Source of the DNA: Spirochaetia bacterium
GTDB lineage: Bacteria; Spirochaetota; Spirochaetia; SZUA-6; Bin103
Direction of reading: 5' to 3'
NCBI GenBank assembly: GCA_965203515.1
Contig: OZ241907.1
Span: forward strand, 1,408,001-1,472,000
DNA length: 64,000 bases
Shown here: piece by piece, positions 49,234 to 57,114 of the stretch
Layout: every line of letters starts with the position of its first letter
Numbering within the stretch: position 1 is the first letter of the stretch
Position numbers and translations under genes: made by a program
The notes under the pieces: model-generated
The model's database searches: none
What the model was told of the DNA's origin: nothing
What the model saw: the letters and a program-made list of their open reading frames with translations, nothing else

Positions 49234-49976
49234 CTCTCTCCTTCGTCCTGCCGTTCCGTCGGCCGCGCCGGCAGCAGCGCCGCGGCGGCCAGCTCCCCTA
49301 CCGGGCCGCCGCCGCACTCCCGCACGATCGTCAGCAGCTCGTCCCACAGCCAGGGGCCGTAGCTCGGCGCGGCCCACAGATGGTAAACCGGGACGGGCGG
49401 CGCGTCTTCCTCCCGCATCGCCTCCCCGCGGTCGGCCAGGACCGCGCAGGAGACCAGCGCCACCCGCGTCATCACGAAGCGGCCGGCGGCGCCGCGAAAA
49501 TCATACGCGCAGGTCTGCGCCAACACATCCGGCGCGCGCCGGCCGCAGAGCAGCAGCGCCGCATCCTCCCGCCGCACCGGCCAACAGGCGGCCGGCGGCG
49601 CCGCAGCGAGCGCCGCCGCCACCGCCGCGGCGCCGGCTCCCTCCAGGAACAGCTCGCCTTGGCCCACCCGCACGGCGAGCGTGCCGTCGACCGCGCGCGT
49701 CCAGCCGTACCGCTCGGTCGGGACCGCCACCCCCTGCGTCCGCGCCCACGCGACCGCGCCCGGCCCCGTCAGGCCGATACGCGGCAGCGCGCCGCGATCG
49801 GCCAACCCCAGCACCGGCGCGGTCGCCGCCTCCGCCGCCGCATCCCCGAAGTGGAGCGCGCGCAACGCGCCGTCGCGCTCTTCCCAGGCCGCTCCGAGCC
49901 GCTCCAGACAGGCGTGCACGGCGCTAACGCGCGCGCTGTAGCCCGCGCTATGGCGCGGCGCCGGCGGCGGGGTCAC
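49230..49976 (-). CDS. mgdD: N-methylglutamate dehydrogenase subunit D (sarcosine oxidase gamma-like)
   Basis: RIG..GPGA..W, L.QTC.YDF, MTR...VS, SYG.WLW..L; operon position. Confidence 0.75.
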   Translation of the reverse strand: MTPPPAPRHSAGYSARVSAVHACLERLGAAWEERDGALRALHFGDAAAEAATAPVLGLADRGALPRIGLTGPGAVAWARTQGVAVPTERYGWTRAVDGTLAVRVGQGELFLEGAGAAAVAAALAAAPPAACWPVRREDAALLLCGRRAPDVLAQTCAYDFRGAAGRFVMTRVALVSCAVLADRGEAMREEDAPPVPVYHLWAAPSYGPWLWDELLTIVRECGGGPVGELAAAALLPARPTERQDEGER

Positions 49977-52951
49977 GAGCGCAGCCTCGCCCCGTCCGGA
50001 TCGAAGAACGGCGTCGCCGCCACCCGCGCCGCGACGATCGCGCCGCCGTCGCCCTTGATCCGCAGCGCGGCTCCCACCCGCGCCGCCGCCGGCGGTACGT
50101 AGGCCAGCCCGATCGTGCGCCCGACCGCGCCGCTGCGGCCGACGCTGGTGACCCGGCCGGCGATGCCGCCGCCGGCGTCGACGATCAGGTGGTTTTCACG
50201 CGGCGCCGGCGCGGATGCGGGCAGCTCGAATCCGACCAGCCGGCGGCGCGGCTCCTTGCCGGCGATGATCTGCAGGCTGCGCTTGCCCACGAAGAACCGC
50301 TTGTCGAGCTTCACCGCCCAGCCGAGTTCGGCCTCGAACGGATCGGTGAGACCGTCGGTATCCTGACTGACGATCAGGTGCCCCTTTTCCAGGCGGAGCA
50401 GACGCTGCGCCTCCACGCCGAACGGGACGATGCCGTGCTCCCGGCCGGCGCGCAGCAGCTCGTCCCAGACGCCGGCGGCGTAGCCGGCAGGGACGTGCAC
50501 CTCGTAGCCCAGCTCCCCCACGAACCCGACCCGCGACACGCGCGCCGGCGCGCCGGCCACCGTCCCTTCGCGGATGCCCAGGTACGGGAACGCGTCCGGC
50601 GACAGGTCGATGTCGGTGAGCCCGGCCAGCACGTGCCGGGCATACGGACCGGCGAGGTTGCAGGCGCCGTAGCTGCCGGTCGCGTTGACCAGCGTGACGT
50701 CGAGCCGCCAGACCGCCGCCCAGCGCTGCAGCTCGCGGTAGACCTGATCCGCCCCGGAGGAGGTGGTCGACACGTAGAAGCTGTCGGCGTCGAGGCGGGC
50801 CACCACGCCGTCGTCGATCACCACGCCGGACTCGTCGCACATCACCCCGTAGCGGGTCATGCCGATCCGCAACCGCGCGAAGCGGCCGGTGTATACGCGC
50901 TCCAGGAAGCGGACGGCGTCCGTGCCGCTCACCTCCAGCTTGCCGAGCGTACCGACGTCGATCAGCCCGACGCGGGAGCGCACGTCGCGGGCTTCCGCGT
51001 CGATGCAGCCGGCGCGATCCAGACCCTCCCGGGGATACCAGGCCGGCCGCAGCCAGGCGCCGGCGTGCGTCATCCGCGCTCCCAGCCGCTCGTGCCGGTC
51101 GTGGACCGGCGTGCGCTGCACCGGCGTGAAGCCGCGGCCGGCCAGATGCGCCATCGGCACCGGCGCGGTGAACGGCCGCGCGGTGGTGAGCCGGGCGCCG
51201 GCGAGCGGCCGGCCGGTCAGGCGGGCCAGCACGCGCGCCGCGTTGACGTTGGCGTGCTGCCCCTGGCTCGGCCCCATGCCGACCGTGGCGTACCGCTTGA
51301 GGAGCTCCGGGTGATCGAAGCCCTCCTGCACCGCGTGGGCCAGATCGTCGACGGTCACGTCCTCGTCCAGGTCGACGAACGCCTTGGCGTCCGCCTTGGC
51401 GTCGGGTTCCGCAAAGATCGGATACGGGTGGCCCGGCTCCGCTGGCTCCACCGGCTCCGGGGCCGGCGGTCCGCTCGCCCCCTCGGCTCCGGCGCCGGCC
51501 CCGGCGGACGCTCTGCCCACGTGCGCCGCGGCCGCCCTGCCCGCGCGACGGCCGTCGGCCGCCGCCGCGACGACGCCGGTCACGCTGCCCGCCGCGAACA
51601 CGCCGGCCGGCAGCTCGTCCGGCACGTGCCGATGGAGCGTTTCGTCATACGCCATGGCAGCGCCGGCCTGCCGCAGCAGCCCGTCGCGCGGAGCGGCGCC
51701 GACGCAGACGATTATGCCGTCGCACGGTATGGTCCGCGCCGGGCCGGTCGGCCGACCGGCCGCGTCGAGCGCCCGGATGCGGGCCGCCCGCACGCCGGCG
51801 TTCCCCGGCAGCGGCAGCGCCTCCACCACCGCGTGCCCGCGGTAGACCGGCGCCCCTGCCGGTTCAGTCGCTCCCGCCGCCTCGGTCGCTCCCGCCGCCT
51901 CGGTCGCCCCCGCCACGCCGCTCGCGCCGCCGGCCGGCGCTCCGTCGCCAGGAGCCTCCGCGCGCAGGTCGACCACGGCGGCGACGCCGATGCCACGCTC
52001 CGCCATGGCGTCCGCCAGGCGGTAGCCGCCGCTCCCGGCGGTCAGCACCAGCGGCCGGTCCGCCGGGCGGACCGCGTAGCGCTCCATCAGCCGCCGCGCC
52101 GCTTCGCCCAGCATGACGCCCGGCAGGTCGTTGTTGCCGAACACCGCCGGCTGGTCCTGGCAGCCGGCGGTGACCACCAGCGACCGGGCGCGCACCTTGG
52201 TGAGCCGCCGCGCGTCGACGACCGCCGCCCACAGGTCGGCGTAGACGCCGACGCAGGCGGCGCCAAAGCGGCGCTCCACCCCGCTGCCGACCGCCTCGGT
52301 CACGGAACCGTCGAGCCGTCCGCTCGACTCGACCAGCATGACCGCCGCCCCCTGCTCGGCGGCGGCGTTGGCCGCCGCCACCCCCGCCGGCCCGGCGCCG
52401 ACCACCAGCACGTCGCAGAACGCGTAATCCTTGGGCGACGGCGGGCGGCGCCCGCCGCCGCGACGCCCGTCGCCGCGACGCCCGTCGCCGGGCACGCGGC
52501 CCAGGCCGGCCAGCGCGCGCAGCCCCCGCTCGTAGAGCGGGAACAGCCAGCGCGGGGTGTGCATGGCCTTGTAGTAGAAGCCGACCGGCGTGAAGGCCGA
52601 CAGGCGGCCGAGCACCGCCAACAGGTCGCGCCGCACGCCGCCCAGCGTGTTGACCGCGCGCAGGTCAAGGCCGTCAGTCAACGGCAGCTCGTCGCCGCGC
52701 AGGTTGACGCCCGCCGGCCCCTCCAGCATCACGTTGGCGTCCGCGCCGGTCAGGCTGTAGACGCCGCGCGGCCGGTGATACTTGAAGCTGCGGCCGAGCA
52801 CCTGCACGCCGGCCGCCAGCAGCGCGGAGCTCACCGTGTCGCCATGCAGGCCGCGGCAGTCCCGCCCCTCGAAGCGAAACGCGATCGGCCGCGACCGGTC
52901 GATCCATTCGCCCGGCCGCGGCGGCAGGCGCCGGCCGGCCGGCGCGCTCAC
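49973..52951 (-). CDS. mgdC: N-methylglutamate dehydrogenase subunit C (sarcosine oxidase alpha-like)
   Basis: GDT.SSAL, RSFKYHRPRG, VGFYYK, VVGAGPAG, NNDLPGVM, LKRY...GMGPSQG, DVGTLGK, GELGYE, LRLEKGH. GTG overlaps the mgdB stop. Confidence 0.9.
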   Translation of the reverse strand: MSAPAGRRLPPRPGEWIDRSRPIAFRFEGRDCRGLHGDTVSSALLAAGVQVLGRSFKYHRPRGVYSLTGADANVMLEGPAGVNLRGDELPLTDGLDLRAVNTLGGVRRDLLAVLGRLSAFTPVGFYYKAMHTPRWLFPLYERGLRALAGLGRVPGDGRRGDGRRGGGRRPPSPKDYAFCDVLVVGAGPAGVAAANAAAEQGAAVMLVESSGRLDGSVTEAVGSGVERRFGAACVGVYADLWAAVVDARRLTKVRARSLVVTAGCQDQPAVFGNNDLPGVMLGEAARRLMERYAVRPADRPLVLTAGSGGYRLADAMAERGIGVAAVVDLRAEAPGDGAPAGGASGVAGATEAAGATEAAGATEPAGAPVYRGHAVVEALPLPGNAGVRAARIRALDAAGRPTGPARTIPCDGIIVCVGAAPRDGLLRQAGAAMAYDETLHRHVPDELPAGVFAAGSVTGVVAAAADGRRAGRAAAAHVGRASAGAGAGAEGASGPPAPEPVEPAEPGHPYPIFAEPDAKADAKAFVDLDEDVTVDDLAHAVQEGFDHPELLKRYATVGMGPSQGQHANVNAARVLARLTGRPLAGARLTTARPFTAPVPMAHLAGRGFTPVQRTPVHDRHERLGARMTHAGAWLRPAWYPREGLDRAGCIDAEARDVRSRVGLIDVGTLGKLEVSGTDAVRFLERVYTGRFARLRIGMTRYGVMCDESGVVIDDGVVARLDADSFYVSTTSSGADQVYRELQRWAAVWRLDVTLVNATGSYGACNLAGPYARHVLAGLTDIDLSPDAFPYLGIREGTVAGAPARVSRVGFVGELGYEVHVPAGYAAGVWDELLRAGREHGIVPFGVEAQRLLRLEKGHLIVSQDTDGLTDPFEAELGWAVKLDKRFFVGKRSLQIIAGKEPRRRLVGFELPASAPAPRENHLIVDAGGGIAGRVTSVGRSGAVGRTIGLAYVPPAAARVGAALRIKGDGGAIVAARVAATPFFDPDGARLRS

Positions 52952-53205
52952 GGCAGGCGGTCCGGCAGATAGGTGCGCACCACCCGGTCCGCGCCGGTGT
53001 CGCGCTCGGCGATGAACCAGGTGCCGCTCGGCGCGTGATACCACCACTCGCGCCGCACCGCAGCCGCGCCCGCGCGGTCGAAGACGTAGGACGCCCAGAC
53101 CTCGTCGGAGACCGCGTCCGGGTCCGGCTGCGGGCGGTACTCGCCCCCGTAGTCGAACTCCTGCAGCGGCCGTTCGCCGTTCACCGGGCAGCGCAGCAGC
53201 TTCAT
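52948..53205 (-). CDS. mgdB: N-methylglutamate dehydrogenase subunit B (sarcosine oxidase delta-like)
   Basis: CP.NG.R...EF.YGGE, EWWYH.PS..WF..ERDT. Confidence 0.92.
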   Translation of the reverse strand: MKLLRCPVNGERPLQEFDYGGEYRPQPDPDAVSDEVWASYVFDRAGAAAVRREWWYHAPSGTWFIAERDTGADRVVRTYLPDRLP

Positions 53206-53219
53206 CTCGGTGCGCGACG

Positions 53220-53876
53220 ATGCGCCACACCGGCCATGCGCGGCAAGGGTGCGGGCAGAGGGCGGGAACCGGCGTCCCCGACCGGGTTGCCCCGACGATC
53301 ACGGCGGAAGGCTTTGATGCCATCCTCGCCACGGCGTGCAAGTCCAGGAAAACCGGCCGCGGCGTGGAGTCCCCGGCGCGCGCCCAAGCCCGCGGACGGG
53401 TCGATCGCGCGATCGCGGCGCTCCTGTTTCAGGCCGGCCTGCGGAGAAGCGAGGCCGCCGCTCTCACCTGGGACGACGTGCACCGAGCGAACGACGGCGT
53501 CGGGGTGTTGGTCTGCGTATCCCGTTCAAAGACCGATCAGGAAGGCGCCTCCGCCGACACGCGGTATCTCAAGGACGGCGCCGCCCGCGCCGTTTGGGAA
53601 CTCCGGCCGGCCGGCCCGCCAGCGGGGGCTCGCGTGCTCGGCGGCCTGAATGGCGCGTCGGTCGCCCGCCGCTTCGGAGCAGCCGCCCGGGCGGCCGGAG
53701 TGGTCGGTCGAATCACCGGTCACTCCGGCCGCATTGGCCTCGCTTCGGAACTCACGCGCCGCGGCGCCACCACCACGGAGACGATGCTCGCCGGCGGATG
53801 GAAGACGGCCCGTATGGTCGCCCACTACTCGGCAGGCGCCACCGCCGAACGGGGCGCCGTCGCCAAGTACCTGTGA
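53220..53876 (+). pseudogene. Cre-like tyrosine recombinase, catalytic domain only (5'-truncated)
   Basis: Catalytic residues present: LRRSE (R), SKTDQ (K), GHSGR (HxxR), GGW (W), HY (Y). The N-terminal core-binding domain is absent, and a linker-like MRGKGAGRGR lies in another frame. Confidence 0.8.
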
Positions 53877-53926
53877 GCGATGAAGAACCAAGACGGTCCG
53901 GAAACCTGGTGACTGCTTGACTGAGC

Positions 53927-54784
53927 TCAGCCATCCGTCGTCGCCTCAGGGTCGTCATCCCACGGCGAGGAGCTTCTCATATAGTAGAACTTCCCGTTTT
54001 GCATCGGGCCCCTCGTAGCGCCGTCGGTCCGAGACCGGTGCACGTAACGGCACCGCCGGCACGCAGACCGGTACTCCGCCCCATCGTGCCCGAGGTCGGA
54101 CGCAGGCAGGGTCGAACGCCATTCCGGCGACCACTCGTGCGGCTCACCGTCCGGGCAAAGGTCATCCGTGGCATCCATCCACGGCGGCCAGGCCACGTCA
54201 CGGGGTACCGTGAGTTCCGGTTCCTGAGGCGGCGCATCGTCCTCCACGGCGTCCATGCCTTCTCCGTCCAGATCGCCCTTGACACCGCCGTAGGGTTGCG
54301 CTTCGTCGACGAACCAGAAGGCACCGTCGGTACGGTCCCCATACCTCCACTCACGGGTCTTCCCTATCGCCACGAGCACCACGCGCTGCACGTTGTCGGA
54401 GTCTCCTTCCAGAAACACCGCTTCGCGCAACGCCTCCCCGCGGCTTGGTGCCAACACGTACTCCGCGCCTTGCGTTTCGCGGAACACCTCGACGCTCAGT
54501 TCGTAGGGGCGTAGATGGTCCTCATCGTCCTCGTACAGAGACGACGGTTCCACATCCGGCTTGACGTACGGGACGCCGCCGAACCATAGCGACGGATCGA
54601 CCGTGCGGCCGTCGTCGCTCAACAACTCCACGTAATGGAGGTTGTCGGCGTCGCGGCTTGCCTTGATGGCGGCGGCGAACGCGTCGCGCCGGGTCTGCGC
54701 TTCAACGGTCACGCGCGTCTGCGCGCCGCCGAACTCCCGAAGGAGCATCTCGTAACGTCGCAGAGCGGCTCCGGCCGTGGTCAT
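53927..54784 (-). CDS. Unknown cargo protein, copy 1 (acidic; C-terminal C...H/CxxC motif)
   Basis: GAGGAGG RBS 6 nt before ATG; paralogous to 54824-55795 and 57307-58188. Confidence 0.8.
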   Translation of the reverse strand: MTTAGAALRRYEMLLREFGGAQTRVTVEAQTRRDAFAAAIKASRDADNLHYVELLSDDGRTVDPSLWFGGVPYVKPDVEPSSLYEDDEDHLRPYELSVEVFRETQGAEYVLAPSRGEALREAVFLEGDSDNVQRVVLVAIGKTREWRYGDRTDGAFWFVDEAQPYGGVKGDLDGEGMDAVEDDAPPQEPELTVPRDVAWPPWMDATDDLCPDGEPHEWSPEWRSTLPASDLGHDGAEYRSACRRCRYVHRSRTDGATRGPMQNGKFYYMRSSSPWDDDPEATTDG

Positions 54785-54823
54785 GGTTGGCCTCCTCTTG
54801 ACAGGGTGACTGCTTGACTGGGC

Positions 54824-55795
54824 TCAGCCATCCGTCGTCGCCTCAGGGTCGTCATCCCACGGCTCAGGGTCGTCCTCCCACGGGGTGTCGCATATGAAGT
54901 AGCTTTCGCGGTTCCATTCCGAACGTTTGGCTCCCTCGACTCGAGACCGGTGCACGTAACGGCAACGCCGGCACGCAGACCGGTACTCCGCCCCATCGTG
55001 CCCGAGTTCGGACGCGGGCAGGGTCGAACGCCATTCCGGCGACCACTCGTGCGGCTCACCGTCAGGACAAAGGTCCTCCGTGGCATCCATCCACGGCGGC
55101 CAGACCACGTCACGGGGTACCGTGAGTTCCGGTTCCTGAGGCGGCGCATCGTCCTCCACGGCGTCCATGCCTTCTCCGTGCAGGTCGCCCATGACCCCGC
55201 CGTACCGTCGGGCTTCGTCGACGAACCAGTAGTCGCCGCTATCGAGGCGCGTCTTGCCGATCGCCACCAGCACGATCCGCAGGACGTTGTCGGAGTCTCC
55301 TTCCAGAAACACTGCTTCGCGCAGCGCTTCCGCGCGGCTCGGCGCCCACAAGTACACAGAGCCTTCGCTGCCGCCGAACACCTCGACGCTCAGTTCGTAG
55401 GGGCGTAGATGGTCCTCATTGCCTTCGTACAGAGGCGACGGTTCCACATCCGGCTTGACGTACGGGACGCCGCCGAACCATAGCGACGGATCGACCGTGC
55501 GGCCGTCGTCGCTCAACAACTCCACGTAATAGAGGTTGTCGGCGTCGCGGCTTGCCTTGATGGCGGCGGCGAACGCGTCGCGGCGGGTCTGCGCTTCAAC
55601 CGTCACGCGCGTTTGCAAGCCGCCGAATTCACGAAGGAGCATCTCGTAACGCCGCATAGCGGCTCCGGCCGCGGTCATGAAGGCGCCGTCGTCATCGGGC
55701 GAGCCGTCGCCCGGCTGCTGAGCGGCCCAGGTGGCGAGCGGCGCCAGCAGGAGCGCGGCGCAGAGCGCGAATCGCAGGCTGCGGTTGGTTATCAT
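54824..55795 (-). CDS. Unknown cargo protein, copy 2, with N-terminal Sec-type signal peptide
   Basis: MITNRSLRFALCAALLLAPLATWA-AQQ precedes the shared MTAAGAAMRRYEML body. Confidence 0.8.
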   Translation of the reverse strand: MITNRSLRFALCAALLLAPLATWAAQQPGDGSPDDDGAFMTAAGAAMRRYEMLLREFGGLQTRVTVEAQTRRDAFAAAIKASRDADNLYYVELLSDDGRTVDPSLWFGGVPYVKPDVEPSPLYEGNEDHLRPYELSVEVFGGSEGSVYLWAPSRAEALREAVFLEGDSDNVLRIVLVAIGKTRLDSGDYWFVDEARRYGGVMGDLHGEGMDAVEDDAPPQEPELTVPRDVVWPPWMDATEDLCPDGEPHEWSPEWRSTLPASELGHDGAEYRSACRRCRYVHRSRVEGAKRSEWNRESYFICDTPWEDDPEPWDDDPEATTDG

Positions 55796-55872
55796 GGCGC
55801 GCGGGATTGGCCTCCTCGACAGGATGTTTGCGCGAGCAAAGGCAGCAGTCATCGACGCGGTCCGGCGCCATC

Positions 55873-57114
55873 TCAGTGGCCGACCGCGGCCGCGCCCTTT
55901 TCGCCGACCAGATCGTACTCCGCGAACCGGGACAGGCGGAACGGCTCGATCAGCGGATGCGGCCGGCCGTGCGCGACCGTCCAGGCCATGGTGCTGCCGC
56001 TGGCCGGCGTCGCCTTGAAGCCCCAGGTCCCCCAGCCGGCGTCCAGGAAGAAGCCCTCCACCGGCGTCAGCCCCATGATCGGCGAGAAGTCCGGGGTCAC
56101 GTCGGCCAGCCCCGCCCACTGGCGCAGCACCTTCACCTCGCCCAGATGCGGGAAGACCGCCAGCACGTGCGCGGACAGGCCCTCGACGAACTCCAGCGTC
56201 GATCGGGTCGAGTGGACCTCGTACGGGTCGAGCGACGCCCCCATCACCATCTCCCCGCGCGATGACTGGCTGACGTAGATGTGAAACGAACCGGAGACCA
56301 CGATCACGTGCAGCCACGGCTTCAGCGGCTCGGTCACGCACGCCTGCAGCGGATGGATCACCAGCGGCGTGCGGATGCCGGCCATCTCCGTGATCGCCGG
56401 CGTGTAGCCGGCGACGGCGCTCACCACCCGGTCGGTCTCGATCACGCCCCGATCGGTCTCCACGCCGGTGACGCGCCCGCCGGCCAGCCGCAGCCCGGTC
56501 ACCGGCGTATGCTGATGTATCTCCACGCCGAGCCGGTCGGCGCCGCGGGCATAGGCCCAGGCGACCGCATCGTGCCGGGCGATCGCCCCCGGCGGATGCC
56601 ACAGCGCGCCCAGCACCGGCAGGTCGTGGCCGCAGTCCAGGTCGAGCAGCGGGCAGGAGCGGGCGATGAAGTCCCGGCCGACCAGCTCGCTGCGCACGCC
56701 CAGGTGCTTGTTGACCTCCGCCCGCCAGCGCATGGTGCGCACCGCCGAGTCGGTATGGGCCAGCGTGAAGTGGCCCCGCTCGCTGTACAGCAGGTTGTAG
56801 TCGAGGTCGGCGGAGAGGCGCCGGAAGAGCTGCACGCTCTCCTCGTAGAAGTTGACCCCTTCCGGGGTCAGGTAGTTGGAACGGATGATGGCGGTGTTGC
56901 GCCCGGTGCCGCCGGCGCCGACGTAGCTCCGCTCCAGCACGGCGACGTCGCGCAGGCCGTGATCGCGCGCCAGGTAGTAGGCGCAGGCGAGCCCGTGGCC
57001 GCCGCCGCCGATCACCACGGCGTCGTAGCGGCGCTTGAGGCGCGGCGGCGCCCGGAACATGCGCGGTTCGCGGTAGGTCCGCCGCAGGGCGAACCGGATC
57101 AGTCGATGCGGCAC
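55873..57114 (-). CDS. mgdA: N-methylglutamate dehydrogenase subunit A (sarcosine oxidase beta-like, FAD)
   Basis: VIGGGGHGLA.AYYLA, GRNTAIIRSNY, ARHDAVAW.YA, LQACVTEP, GWGTWGFKATP, EKGAAAVGH. Confidence 0.92.
   Translation of the reverse strand: MPHRLIRFALRRTYREPRMFRAPPRLKRRYDAVVIGGGGHGLACAYYLARDHGLRDVAVLERSYVGAGGTGRNTAIIRSNYLTPEGVNFYEESVQLFRRLSADLDYNLLYSERGHFTLAHTDSAVRTMRWRAEVNKHLGVRSELVGRDFIARSCPLLDLDCGHDLPVLGALWHPPGAIARHDAVAWAYARGADRLGVEIHQHTPVTGLRLAGGRVTGVETDRGVIETDRVVSAVAGYTPAITEMAGIRTPLVIHPLQACVTEPLKPWLHVIVVSGSFHIYVSQSSRGEMVMGASLDPYEVHSTRSTLEFVEGLSAHVLAVFPHLGEVKVLRQWAGLADVTPDFSPIMGLTPVEGFFLDAGWGTWGFKATPASGSTMAWTVAHGRPHPLIEPFRLSRFAEYDLVGEKGAAAVGH

Larger units (their letters stand above)
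53203..55874. mobile_element. Element 1: insertion between mgdA and mgdB bounded by a 6-bp direct repeat CATCTC; carries a recombinase remnant and two cargo paralogs
   Basis: CATCTC at 53203-53208 and 55869-55874. Deleting 53209-55874 gives mgdA-TGA-G-ATG-mgdB on the minus strand. Confidence 0.8.

Noticed and set aside
51860..52490. Short in-frame repeats in mgdC (AGATE, RRGDG) and similar ones in xseB
   Set aside because: These are low-complexity linker expansions seen in several host genes, with no sign of a separate function.
53220..55870. Integron (integrase + cassette array)
   Set aside because: The recombinase is Cre-like (catalytic W, no IntI-specific insertion recognised), no attC-type RYYYAAC...GTTRRRY sites were seen, and the cassettes are paralogs of one gene.
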